Origin: Candidatus Parcubacteria bacterium | GTDB lineage: Bacteria > Patescibacteriota > Patescibacteriia > Patescibacteriales > UBA12075 | Reading direction: 5' to 3' | DNA: 64,000 nt | Assembly: GCA_002869165.1 (NCBI GenBank) | Contig: PKTK01000001.1 | Span: 382,005 to 446,004, forward strand | Shown here: piece after piece, positions 46,220 through 56,383 of the stretch | Layout of the letters: every line of letters begins with the position of its first letter | How positions within the stretch are numbered: position 1 is the stretch's first letter | Position numbers and translations under genes: made by a program | The notes under the pieces: generated by a model | Database searches by the model: none | Seen by the model: the letters and a program-made list of their open reading frames with translations, nothing else | What the model was told of the DNA's origin: nothing

Positions 46220-48277
46220 TCACTTAATAAGTATATGAGATATTACGCCACCATTAAATGTTTCTTCAAAAGAATAAAAAGCTCCTATTAATTCGCCGTT
46301 ACTTTCAAAAATTCTAACATGAGGAGTTCCTCCAGGTCCAGCTCCACATATAATCTCATCTTGACCATCTAAATCAACATCACCAGTATTTATATTTACT
46401 CTATCCTTATATTTATCACCAAAAGCAGAAAAACTGGATAGTTCTTTGCCAAAATAATCAAATATTTTTATCTCTGATTTCCCATGACTTGCTTTACTTA
46501 CTATTATTTCATTCTTTTTTCTTATCCCACCATCAATATCTGCCAAACTGAGATTTAAACCACCTCTAAAACCTTCACTAAATGCAAAGAAATGATTTAA
46601 TAAATTACCTTTGGTATCAAATATTTTAACTTGTGGTCCGCCCCCTTCACCTGGAGCAGTTACAATTTCTGTTACATTGTCTCCATTAACATCTGCTGAG
46701 GCAACTTTTACTCCACCAGTAAAATTTTGATCGTAGGCAAAAAATTGTCTTAGCAAACCACCGTCTTTATTAAAGACTCTTACGTGTGGTCCACCCCCAG
46801 CACCAGCTCCTGTTATGATCTCATAAATTCCATTATTATCGATATCAATTGTAGCTATATCTACTCCACCCCTAAATTTCTCATCGTAGGCAAAAAATTG
46901 ACTAAGCAGTCTACCATCTGGGGAAAAAACTTGAACTTGGGGGCCTCCGCTATCTTTTGGACTAACAATAATCTCGTCTTTATTATCTCCATCCAAATCA
47001 GCGCTACTTATATTAATTCCTCCATAATATCCGTCTAAAACATCAAACTCGCTCACTAAATTTCCGTTTTTGTTTGTTATTTTAATACTGGATTTTCTAT
47101 CTGAATAAGCAGAATTAATAAAATAGACACTCTGCTTATCTAGGTTCTCCTTGGCCATATAAACAGCTCGATACGAATTTAATCTTCCTGCACCTAACTT
47201 ATTCTTATAATCTGGATTAAGCTTTTCTATATAATCGCTTGAACCAAGTAATATGTTAACAACTTCATCTCTAGAAAGAGAGGGGTTGGTAGAAATAATT
47301 TGTGCTATTACTCCACTAACTTGTGGCGTTGCCATAGAAGTTCCTGACCAATAACCATCATAATATTTATTTAAAACTAATTCCCCGTTTTCTCTTCGCG
47401 GAGAGTAGAATGAAGTGTTGTAGATACTAACGCCAGGAGCTGAAATATCAACACATTTATTGCCATAAGCTGAAAAACTAGCTTTTTGATCCAAGTCATC
47501 TGTTGCCGCTACTCCAATTACCAGATTTTCATAGTTATAACCATCATTACAAACTGGATACATTGGATGTTCGTCAAGAGAATGAGCTTCCTTGTCATTT
47601 CCCGCAGCAGCTACTATAATAATGCCTTGCTTATATGCATTCCTAATTGCAACTTCTAATGCAGGGCTATATACATTGCCAGCAAAACTTAAATTTATAA
47701 CATCTGCACCATTCTTTGTCGCATATTCAATTGCTCTAATAACAGAAGAACTGTTTCCAGCACCTTTTGAATCAAGCACAAGCAATGGCATAATTTTTAC
47801 TGATCTCGCTACTCCACTAACCCCCTCTTGATTGTTTGTACTAGCTGTGATAATGCCGGCTACGACTGTTCCATGTGTAATTTCATAATCAATAAAATCA
47901 ATTGTTAATTTTGGATTTGGATCACTTGTGTCATTAATAAAGTCCCATCCATTTACATCATCAACATAGCCATTATTATCATCATCTATATTATTATTAG
48001 GTATTTCATCTTTGTTTAACCAAATATTGTCTCTAAGGTCTGGGTGATTTATTTGTACGCCACTGTCAATAACAGCTACTGTAACGTCTTTTTTACTCCC
48101 CTCAATGTCCCATGCACTAATAGCGTTTATTTTTTTTAAATACCATTGCTTAGAAAAATAAGCATCATTAGGTATTAAAGCTGTATTGTAAAAAATCTCT
48201 GAGGCAAATATTGCTGCAGGATGGGAAAATAAAAATATAGCTAAAATTAAATAAATTACTTTTTTTTTCATATACAA
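46220..48277 (-). CDS. secreted subtilisin-like (S8) serine protease with C-terminal FG-GAP/VCBS-type repeat propeller
   Basis: Catalytic triad contexts VAVIDSGV, HGTVVAGI and GTSMATPQVSG. These are followed by ~6 repeats of ..D(G/N)D..EI(I/V)..(G)GGP(H/Q)V(R/K/Q)(V/I)F...G.L...FFA(Y/F)...F.GG(V/L).. Confidence 0.8.
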   Translation of the reverse strand: MYMKKKVIYLILAIFLFSHPAAIFASEIFYNTALIPNDAYFSKQWYLKKINAISAWDIEGSKKDVTVAVIDSGVQINHPDLRDNIWLNKDEIPNNNIDDDNNGYVDDVNGWDFINDTSDPNPKLTIDFIDYEITHGTVVAGIITASTNNQEGVSGVARSVKIMPLLVLDSKGAGNSSSVIRAIEYATKNGADVINLSFAGNVYSPALEVAIRNAYKQGIIIVAAAGNDKEAHSLDEHPMYPVCNDGYNYENLVIGVAATDDLDQKASFSAYGNKCVDISAPGVSIYNTSFYSPRRENGELVLNKYYDGYWSGTSMATPQVSGVIAQIISTNPSLSRDEVVNILLGSSDYIEKLNPDYKNKLGAGRLNSYRAVYMAKENLDKQSVYFINSAYSDRKSSIKITNKNGNLVSEFDVLDGYYGGINISSADLDGDNKDEIIVSPKDSGGPQVQVFSPDGRLLSQFFAYDEKFRGGVDIATIDIDNNGIYEIITGAGAGGGPHVRVFNKDGGLLRQFFAYDQNFTGGVKVASADVNGDNVTEIVTAPGEGGGPQVKIFDTKGNLLNHFFAFSEGFRGGLNLSLADIDGGIRKKNEIIVSKASHGKSEIKIFDYFGKELSSFSAFGDKYKDRVNINTGDVDLDGQDEIICGAGPGGTPHVRIFESNGELIGAFYSFEETFNGGVISHILIK

Positions 48278-48332
48278 AAAAACTCCAAAATCATACTAAT
48301 ATTATAACATAACAAGCTATTTCGGAGCAATT

Positions 48333-49604
48333 TTATTTTTCAAGTAAAATATCCAGTGTTTTTTTAGCTGTTCTTCCCCAACCAAATTCTTTAACACGTT
48401 CATAACCATTTTTGATTAACTTTTCTCTAAGTTCAGGTTTGTTTAAAACTTCACACATTGAATCAGCTATAGAGAGTGAATAATCAGGGTTAAAATAATG
48501 AGCAGCATCTTTGGCTACTTCAGGGATTGATGATGTGTTTGCAGCAATTATAGTTGTACCACATGCCATTGCTTGTAGTAAAGGTATGCCAAAACCTTCA
48601 TATTTTGAAGGAAGTATAAACAACGAAGCTCCATTGTATAAGTAAGGTACAATATCTTCATCAAGCCAGCCTGGCATTATGATATCGTCTACCAGGTCAA
48701 ATTCTCTTGTCATGTACTTAGCTTCATCATAACCATAACTAGCGTCACCAACCAATAAAAGTTTGTGATTGTTAATTTTACGGTCTCTCATGATCGCATA
48801 CGCTTCAATCAATGCTGAAGTGTTTTTCTTTTTTTCTAGTCTACCAATATAAAAAATATATGGTTGTTCTATTCCTAGATTATCAAGTACAAATTTTAAT
48901 TTTTCCTCATTATTTATTTTTTTATATAACTTTTTATCGTAACCATTATGCACAACTGTAAGTTTACCTTTTTTGACCTTGTAAAAAGTTTCAATTTCTT
49001 TTTTTGAAAATTCAGAAACAGTTATTACATTTGAGGCTTTTTTTAAAGCGTATTTAGTTGACCACTTTAGGTAATCAAGCGAATTAGCGCCGTATTTACC
49101 CAAAGTAAAAATTCTAACAAAAAAGGAAATTATTTTTTTAAATGAAAAAACGTCAGGTCCTATTTCATCAATTCCAAACAAACTAGAATCTTTTAAAAAT
49201 CCTATATCATGTATTGTTATTAATGTTTTCTTTGGTCTTACAAGGGGTAAAGCATGAGACTGAACAAAAAGTGCATCTGGTTTATTGAATACCATTTCCA
49301 GACTTAAACCACCTAAAGTCCAAAAATATTTAAAGGGCCATTTGAGAATCTTGGCTTTAAAATTATTATGTGGGGATTTTAACACCTGATAACCTTCATT
49401 ATCATATTTAATTTTATTTTCAATTTCTGACTCATCATTTTTGGTCAAATCTAAAAGACCTCCTCTAAGAGGGTTATCTGTGTACAATATATATTCATTT
49501 TTTTTATCCTGAAGAGCAAACTCTCTTATCAGGTGATACGCATACCACTCTGTGCCAGTACGATGTTTTCTATTTGCTCGACTTGCATCTATTCCTATTA
49601 TCAT
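48333..49604 (-). CDS. glycosyltransferase (GT-B, family 4)
   Basis: ..PSKYEGFGIPLLQAMACGTTIIAANTSSIPEV.. Confidence 0.75.
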   Translation of the reverse strand: MIIGIDASRANRKHRTGTEWYAYHLIREFALQDKKNEYILYTDNPLRGGLLDLTKNDESEIENKIKYDNEGYQVLKSPHNNFKAKILKWPFKYFWTLGGLSLEMVFNKPDALFVQSHALPLVRPKKTLITIHDIGFLKDSSLFGIDEIGPDVFSFKKIISFFVRIFTLGKYGANSLDYLKWSTKYALKKASNVITVSEFSKKEIETFYKVKKGKLTVVHNGYDKKLYKKINNEEKLKFVLDNLGIEQPYIFYIGRLEKKKNTSALIEAYAIMRDRKINNHKLLLVGDASYGYDEAKYMTREFDLVDDIIMPGWLDEDIVPYLYNGASLFILPSKYEGFGIPLLQAMACGTTIIAANTSSIPEVAKDAAHYFNPDYSLSIADSMCEVLNKPELREKLIKNGYERVKEFGWGRTAKKTLDILLEK

Positions 49605-49646
49605 ACAAATAAAAATTGCAATTAAAATTGCAATTTTAAATAATTA

Positions 49647-50654
49647 TTATTTTGTAGCTAATATAGATCTCTTATATGAATCTAAATTATCAAGAGCAAT
49701 TCCTGTTCCTTTAGCCACGCATAAAAGTGACTCATCTGCCACATATGCAGGTACACTTGTTGTTCTTGATAATAATTGATCGATATTTCTAAGAAGCGAT
49801 GATCCACCTGAAAGAACCATCCCCTTGTCCATAATATCTGCTGAAAGTTCTGGAGGAGTTTCGTGAAGCACCTTTTTTACGGAACTTATAATCGCTTCAA
49901 GTTCGTTCTGCAAGGCCTCAGTTACATCATTACTGGTGATGGTAATACTTCTAGGCAAGCCGGTTAAAATATCCCTACCACGTACTTCCATGCTTAATTT
50001 ATCTTCTAAATAAAGGGCTGAACCAATTTCAATTTTAATTTCTTCGGCTGTGCGTTCACCAATTGCCAAATTATATTTTCTTCTGGCATATTCAAGAATA
50101 GCTGTATCAAATTTATTTCCTCCAACTCTCACAGAGTTTGAAGATACTATCCCACCAAGGGATATAACTGCCATCTCTGCAGTTCCCCCACCAATATCAA
50201 CTATCATATGCCCACTAGCAGAGCCAATAGGGATATCAGCTCCAATTGCAGCTGCAACTGGCTCCTTGATGATATATGCTGCCTTGGCTCCAGCTGCAAT
50301 TGTGGCATCAATAACAGCTCTTCGCTCTGTTGAAGAAATGCCCGCTGGAACTGCAACCATAACCTCTGGTCTAAAAAGACGAATGCCACCGATTGCTTTA
50401 TTAATAAAATACCTCAACATTGCCTCGGTTGTTCTATAATCAGCAATAACACCATCTTTTAGTGGTTTAATAGCTATGATAGTATCTGTAGTTCTACCAA
50501 GCATATCTTTGGCCTCGTTGCCTACAGCTAATATTTTTTTATCTTCCATTGACACTGCAACTACGCTTGGTTCGTTGATTACGATACCTCTCTTGGGCAA
50601 ATGTACTAAAGTATAAGTAGTTCCTAGATCAATTCCTATTCTTTTTATAATCAT
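49647..50654 (-). CDS. mreB: rod-shape-determining actin homologue MreB
   Basis: ..IGIDLGTTYT.., ..VVAVPAGISSTERRAV.., ..DIGGGTAEMAVISLGG.. Confidence 0.9.
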   Translation of the reverse strand: MIIKRIGIDLGTTYTLVHLPKRGIVINEPSVVAVSMEDKKILAVGNEAKDMLGRTTDTIIAIKPLKDGVIADYRTTEAMLRYFINKAIGGIRLFRPEVMVAVPAGISSTERRAVIDATIAAGAKAAYIIKEPVAAAIGADIPIGSASGHMIVDIGGGTAEMAVISLGGIVSSNSVRVGGNKFDTAILEYARRKYNLAIGERTAEEIKIEIGSALYLEDKLSMEVRGRDILTGLPRSITITSNDVTEALQNELEAIISSVKKVLHETPPELSADIMDKGMVLSGGSSLLRNIDQLLSRTTSVPAYVADESLLCVAKGTGIALDNLDSYKRSILATK

Positions 50655-50657
50655 ATT

Positions 50658-52682
50658 TTAATTATCTATTTTTAAATTAATTTCCAAGTCTGACCTTAGA
50701 CTAGTTTCCCATACTATATTGTTTTTGTCAATTCTATCCACCAAAAAGCCATTCGGAGAAAATTCTTTAATATTAGCATTTAAATCAAGGTCTATTTTTA
50801 AATCATCAACTGTATTTCCAGCTTGTTTTTGCAAATAAAGGTTATACTTTCCTGAGATACTACTCTGTCTTAAATCATCTGGTAGTTTGTAGTCAATTGA
50901 AATATTTCCTATTTCACCAGGCTCCACATTCAAGAAAAAAGCATAAACAGTCTTGTTATATTCATCATAAACTTTAATATCAGAATTATCCATTCCAGTA
51001 GCATTTATCAATTGACTACCTCTAGGAACATAAACTCTTGTATATGTTCTGTAACGAGTTGTTTTCCAATCAAAATCACCATTATGAGCATAATTCAAAG
51101 CTAAATTAGATATTAGCTCTCCGGTGTTGTTTTTTCTTACTTTATAACCAATCGACCTATTTATAACAGCATCGGTTTTATAACTTGCCATGTTTGCATC
51201 AACAACCATTAAATAATCACCATTATAATTTTGAATCGCTCCAGCCCAATTTTTTTCAACTAATAATTTTTCAAGCTCTACATCTTTGAAATATATTTGA
51301 ATATTTTTTTCGTTTAGGTTTTTTGAAATAACATTCAAAATTGTATACATTGCATTTGGTTCTAGGTTGAATAATTTTATTTTTATTTCCTTAACGATCT
51401 CAGCAATTATCTCCTTTCGATGCCATTCTCTAACCCCGAGTTGGATATATTCTTGCTCCACTTTATATTGAAGTAGGTTAATAAAATTTGTATGGTTAAA
51501 TTCAGTATCCTCAACATATATTGGTCCAATTTGCTCAAGCAGATCAACTATAATCTTTGGCGTAATAGCGATAATACCTTCAAAGTTTCCGTCATAGTTA
51601 TTAATTTTATTTTTCTCTGGTAATAGTGAATCCTCTTCATAAAAAAATTGTTCAAGATTTTGAGCAGAACTAGGCCAATCCGGATACCAATTAGCGTCTC
51701 TAAAATACCAGTTATCAACTCCTAGATATTCCTTTAAAGGTGCTGGCGGTTCTTTTTGATAAATATCTTGAACTGGAATATCAAGATGGTACACGTCGTG
51801 AGTTTCCAGATTTACTATATCTCCATTTTTTGTTTTAGCAATACCGTAAGTACCAACAAAACCGCCTGAGGGTCTTAGCTCATCACTATTTTGCAAAACC
51901 AAAAGATAGTCAGCCTCAGCTGGATACCCCAACATAATAGGAACAAATTGTGATAAAGGAATGATCGTATCCAGGGTAGTTTTAACTGTTTCTAGCTTTT
52001 CTCTTAAATTGGATATTTTTGTTTTGTATGGAAGTAGAATCCCAGAAAATTTTAAATAATTTAAATTTAGTAATGCTAAATCAATATTTGCTTTAATTCC
52101 TACTAAATCAGGTGTACTTTTAAATAAAATATCTAGAAGTGCTATTTTTTCTTCTTCGCTCAACTTATTAAAATTCTTTTCTTTGTTTGCCAACACTTTT
52201 TCAAAGGCCTCTGCGTAATTTGAGCTTTGTTCAATAGTTTTACTGATGATTTCGGCTGATGAAGTTAAATATAATACGTCATTTATCTGATTATTAAAAT
52301 ATGAGATATTCTTGATCAAAAAATTATCATCATACTTTTGTGCAAGTTCATTTGCTTGACTAAAATCTGACTGAGCTATACCGGCTTTTATTTTTCCTTC
52401 TTCAAAATTTTCATTCAAAAGTAAATTAACTGCTTCTTCTATATTTCTCTTTCCACTAACCATGGTTGTGTACAAATTTTTTACATCTTTAAAATAGAAA
52501 ACAAAAGAAATAAAACCAATTATAAAGAACAATAAAAATAATATTAAAAATATTTTTAGCACAAAAAAGGCCCTTTTTAATCTTCGACGCCTTTTGATGT
52601 AAGGTATGTCATCGTAGATATGTTTAGCTCCTAGATAAACTGATAGTAAATTTAAGTTTTTTGATTTTGATAATTTAAACAT
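50658..52682 (-). CDS. DUF4012-like membrane-anchored protein
   Basis: N-terminal TM. ..YLLVLQNSDELRPSGGFVGTYG.. resembles the DUF4012 signature (QNxAElRxtGG). Confidence 0.6.
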   Translation of the reverse strand: MFKLSKSKNLNLLSVYLGAKHIYDDIPYIKRRRRLKRAFFVLKIFLILFLLFFIIGFISFVFYFKDVKNLYTTMVSGKRNIEEAVNLLLNENFEEGKIKAGIAQSDFSQANELAQKYDDNFLIKNISYFNNQINDVLYLTSSAEIISKTIEQSSNYAEAFEKVLANKEKNFNKLSEEEKIALLDILFKSTPDLVGIKANIDLALLNLNYLKFSGILLPYKTKISNLREKLETVKTTLDTIIPLSQFVPIMLGYPAEADYLLVLQNSDELRPSGGFVGTYGIAKTKNGDIVNLETHDVYHLDIPVQDIYQKEPPAPLKEYLGVDNWYFRDANWYPDWPSSAQNLEQFFYEEDSLLPEKNKINNYDGNFEGIIAITPKIIVDLLEQIGPIYVEDTEFNHTNFINLLQYKVEQEYIQLGVREWHRKEIIAEIVKEIKIKLFNLEPNAMYTILNVISKNLNEKNIQIYFKDVELEKLLVEKNWAGAIQNYNGDYLMVVDANMASYKTDAVINRSIGYKVRKNNTGELISNLALNYAHNGDFDWKTTRYRTYTRVYVPRGSQLINATGMDNSDIKVYDEYNKTVYAFFLNVEPGEIGNISIDYKLPDDLRQSSISGKYNLYLQKQAGNTVDDLKIDLDLNANIKEFSPNGFLVDRIDKNNIVWETSLRSDLEINLKIDN

Positions 52683-52683
52683 T

Positions 52684-53958
52684 TTAATCTTGTCTTAAAG
52701 CCATAATTGGGTCAAGTTTAGCTGCTTTTCTTGCTGGATAAACACCAAAAACAATTCCAAAAAAAGTTGAAAAGCCAAGCGCAACCACAAAACCCTCTAG
52801 GGGCACGGCAAATTCCCAATCAAGACCAGCAGAATTTGCTCCGATTGAGACTAAAAAAGAAACTAAAACACCTACAGCAACACCAATTATACCCCCAAAA
52901 ATTGTTATGATTGTTGATTCAAACAAAAATTGCTTCATAATATCTAAATATTTAGCTCCCACAGATTTCCTAAGACCTATTTCTTGTGATCTTTCACTTA
53001 CTATAACATACATAATATTCATAATACCCACTCCTCCAACAACAAGCGAAATTGCCACAATAGCCAACAATAATAGTGTTATAGCTCCTGTTATTGTATC
53101 AAGAATACTCATCATTTCTGCCATAGTTACAACTCTAAAGTCATCTTTATTAAACTCATTTTCATCATCCACGCTAATATCATGATTTTCTCTCAAAATT
53201 AATCTAGCTTCTCTAGCAGTCTCCTCAGCAATACTTAAATCCTTTAAATTTGCTATCAAATAAAGAATATGATCAATACCCATTATCCTTTTTTGTAATG
53301 TTTTTACAGGAACATAAACATAGTCATCAAAATTCATACCCATTACTCCTCCCCTTTCTTTCATAACCCCAATTACTCTAAACTTTGTTTTTCTAATCCT
53401 TATCTGTTTTCCCAGTGCGTCACTCTCACCAAATAATTTCTCTTTCATATTAAAACCAAGTACAACCACTTTTGATAATGTTCTATTTTCTTCTTCTGAA
53501 AAAAATCTACCAAATTCAATTTCACTTTGATCGATATCAATATAACTAGCATTTGTTCCGAAAATAAAACCTTTTTTTTGCTCATTACTGTAACTTACTA
53601 GCTCTTGACCCATTATTCCAGCATAAGCGTTGTCCACGTTGGGAAGATCAATAATATCTTCCATATCGTCTAATGTCAAAGTTGTTATTTGAGCTCCCTG
53701 GACCAGATCAGCTGCTCCAGCAGTCGATGCGTTGGAAGTTGTTTTATTGTTAGTTGGAATTTTTACCTCTACTTCAATGATATCCGTTCCAAAACTTTCT
53801 ACTTGCCCTAAAATCAATCTTTCTATTCCATGCCCAGCTGAATAAACAATTATTACACTGGCTATCCCAATTACCACACCCAAAACAGTTAATGCTGTTC
53901 TGGTTTTATTAGCCATCATTGAATCAAAAGAAGATTTTATTAAAATTATATTTTTCAT
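52684..53958 (-). CDS. ABC transporter permease (MacB/FtsX-type)
   Basis: N-terminal TM, large periplasmic domain, C-terminal FtsX-type 3-TM bundle. Confidence 0.8.
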   Translation of the reverse strand: MKNIILIKSSFDSMMANKTRTALTVLGVVIGIASVIIVYSAGHGIERLILGQVESFGTDIIEVEVKIPTNNKTTSNASTAGAADLVQGAQITTLTLDDMEDIIDLPNVDNAYAGIMGQELVSYSNEQKKGFIFGTNASYIDIDQSEIEFGRFFSEEENRTLSKVVVLGFNMKEKLFGESDALGKQIRIRKTKFRVIGVMKERGGVMGMNFDDYVYVPVKTLQKRIMGIDHILYLIANLKDLSIAEETAREARLILRENHDISVDDENEFNKDDFRVVTMAEMMSILDTITGAITLLLLAIVAISLVVGGVGIMNIMYVIVSERSQEIGLRKSVGAKYLDIMKQFLFESTIITIFGGIIGVAVGVLVSFLVSIGANSAGLDWEFAVPLEGFVVALGFSTFFGIVFGVYPARKAAKLDPIMALRQD

Positions 53959-53960
53959 GA

Positions 53961-55208
53961 TTATTCGTAACGCAAAGCTTCAACCGGCTCAAGTTTTGAA
54001 GCTTTGTTAGCTGGATAAACACCAAATATCACTCCAACCATAGCAGATACTCCTAGCGACAAAACAATCGAAAATATTGAAACCGAAAAAGCCCAATCAT
54101 ATCCAAGTAAATTTGCCACAAAAGAAATAATATACGAAATGATAAAACCTGCTACTATTCCGATAAAACCTCCAAACAAAGTTACGGTGATAGATTCAAA
54201 AAGAAATTGAACTAATATCCTTGATCTGTTTGCACCAACTGCCTTTCTAAGTCCAATTTCTCTTGTTCTTTCAGAAACAGATACTAACATAATATTCATA
54301 ATACCAATCCCGCCAACGATTAATGAAAGTGCCGCCATGGCTGCTAAAAAATATCTAAGCGCATTAGTAATAACTGTAATCATATCCAAAGCTTGAGCAG
54401 AACTCCTAACTGTAAAATCATCATTTTCTGTGCCTGTAATATCATGTCGATCTCTTAAGGTTAATTTCATGTCTTCAATAGCCCTGTCTATATTATTTTC
54501 ATTATCTACCTTTGCTCTAATCATACTTATATGATTCACGCCTGCTATGACCTTTTGCATGGTTTTAATTGGAACAAAAATTTTGTTATCATAATCCTGA
54601 AAAGCAACAGTTCCCCTTTCTGCCATCACCCCTATTACTTCAAATAATCTTTTTTTTATCTTTATTCTTTTGCCAACAGCCACTGACTCACCAAAAAGTT
54701 CTTCTTTTACAGTTGAACCGAGTACTACTACTTTTGACAAATTAGTTTCCTCCTCTTCACTTATAAAACGTCCTGATTCAATGCTGCCACCTTCAACTAA
54801 CATATAATTATGCGTAACTCCGCTTATAGTCCCTTCGTAACTATTATTCCCCCACTCCAAGGTTGCAGCTCCATTTGAATATGCTACTAGAGCTTTTAAG
54901 TTAGGGACATTATTTTTCTTGCTTAATGCCATGGCATCATCATAAGTTAAAGTGGTAATAACTATACCCATAGCTGACGCTGGTGGTTCATCTTCCTCAG
55001 AACCGCCAGGTAATACACCTATCAAATTAGCTCCTAGTGTTTCAATCTGGCCAAGAATGAGACTTTGAGCACCCGCTCCAACTGATATTATAATAACAAC
55101 TGATCCAACTCCAATAATAATACCTAGCATTGTTAAAAAACTCCTTGCTTTTTGGGTTAACAAGGATTTAAAAGCTATCTCAATTGATTGTTTGAGTACT
55201 AAGAACAT
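53961..55208 (-). CDS. ABC transporter permease (MacB/FtsX-type), paralogue
   Basis: Same architecture as the neighbouring permease. Confidence 0.8.
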   Translation of the reverse strand: MFLVLKQSIEIAFKSLLTQKARSFLTMLGIIIGVGSVVIIISVGAGAQSLILGQIETLGANLIGVLPGGSEEDEPPASAMGIVITTLTYDDAMALSKKNNVPNLKALVAYSNGAATLEWGNNSYEGTISGVTHNYMLVEGGSIESGRFISEEEETNLSKVVVLGSTVKEELFGESVAVGKRIKIKKRLFEVIGVMAERGTVAFQDYDNKIFVPIKTMQKVIAGVNHISMIRAKVDNENNIDRAIEDMKLTLRDRHDITGTENDDFTVRSSAQALDMITVITNALRYFLAAMAALSLIVGGIGIMNIMLVSVSERTREIGLRKAVGANRSRILVQFLFESITVTLFGGFIGIVAGFIISYIISFVANLLGYDWAFSVSIFSIVLSLGVSAMVGVIFGVYPANKASKLEPVEALRYE

Positions 55209-55232
55209 TTAAATTTAAACAGTAAATAAAAA

Positions 55233-55946
55233 TTATTTAAGCAATTCACCATCAGTAGCAAAACGACGCTTCTTGACCTTTGTATCCTCTATAATTAACC
55301 CATCTTTTAAGTTAATAATTCTTTTAGCATGTTCTGCAGTATATGTTTCATGAGTAACCAAAATAATCGTATTACCTTCGTTGTTTAATTTTTGTAATAT
55401 TTCCATTATCTGAACCCCGGACTTGGAATCCAGATTGCCTGTTGGTTCATCAGCAAATATTATGGAAGGGTTATTAATCAAAGCTCGAGCAATGGCTACT
55501 CTTTGTTTTTCGCCACCAGATATTTGATTTGTAAAATAATCAAGTCGATGTCCAAGTCCCACGCTTTTCAGGACTTTTTCGCCTCTTTCCCTGGCATTGC
55601 CAACATTTTTTGCATAAATCAAAGGTAATATAACATTATCAAGCACTGTGGTCCTGGCTAGTAAATTGAAGGATTGAAATACAAAACCAATCTTTTCATT
55701 TCGAAGTTCTGCTAGCTCGTCATCATTTAGCTTCGTCACATCCTTATCATCAATCTTATATGTTCCACTCGTTGCTCTATCAAGTAAACCGATAATATGC
55801 ATCAAAGTTGATTTACCTGAACCAGATGGCCCCATTATAGAAACAAAATCACCTTTTTCAATATTAAAAGAGATACCATGAAGTACCTTGGTCACCACTT
55901 TGTCATTGCGAAATTCTTTTTTTAAATTTTGTATCTCTATGAGCAT
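55233..55946 (-). CDS. ABC transporter ATP-binding protein (MacB/LolD-type)
   Basis: Walker [10 protein letters not shown], signature ISGGEKQR, Walker [12 protein letters not shown]. Confidence 0.85.
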   Translation of the reverse strand: MLIEIQNLKKEFRNDKVVTKVLHGISFNIEKGDFVSIMGPSGSGKSTLMHIIGLLDRATSGTYKIDDKDVTKLNDDELAELRNEKIGFVFQSFNLLARTTVLDNVILPLIYAKNVGNARERGEKVLKSVGLGHRLDYFTNQISGGEKQRVAIARALINNPSIIFADEPTGNLDSKSGVQIMEILQKLNNEGNTIILVTHETYTAEHAKRIINLKDGLIIEDTKVKKRRFATDGELLK

Positions 55947-55948
55947 AA

Positions 55949-56218
55949 TTAACCTAAAATATGAGCGTATTTTTCTTCATCTGCAATTAATTTTTTCCAG
56001 GCCTTTTCATTATTTTCTTTCATGTCCCATATTTTATCGCGCAAATGACCAGTAAGTAACTCTAGATTTTCTGTTGATTCAGAAGCAGCTTCATATATAG
56101 CCTCATCTTCATCAGCGATAGAGATATTCAAAAAAATATCCCAAAGAAGTTTTTTGTTCTCATTTAAATTTGAAGACTCTACTAATTCTCTTAATTTATT
56201 TTTAAATTTATTTTCCAT
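55949..56218 (-). CDS. hypothetical acidic protein (89 aa)
   Basis: ORF within the efflux operon; no motif. Confidence 0.45.
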   Translation of the reverse strand: MENKFKNKLRELVESSNLNENKKLLWDIFLNISIADEDEAIYEAASESTENLELLTGHLRDKIWDMKENNEKAWKKLIADEEKYAHILG

Positions 56219-56227
56219 ACATTTTTT

Positions 56228-56374
56228 TTATTCAAATCTAGAAAATGCTTTACTAAAAACTCTTTCACCTAATTCCTTCATTCTTTCTTTGTTTTTTTCC
56301 TCTTCAGTGGTAATTTCATTTTTTAATTCTCCTTGGACTTGATTGTTCTCAAAATTTGTTTCGAAATTTTTCAT
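56228..56374 (-). CDS. hypothetical small protein (48 aa; below the ORF-track cut-off)
   Basis: Manual translation MKNFETNFENNQVQGELKNEITTEEEKNKERMKELGERVFSKAFSRFE. It fills the gap between the adaptor and the 89-aa ORF. Confidence 0.3.
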   Translation of the reverse strand: MKNFETNFENNQVQGELKNEITTEEEKNKERMKELGERVFSKAFSRFE

Positions 56375-56383
56375 ATTTTTTTA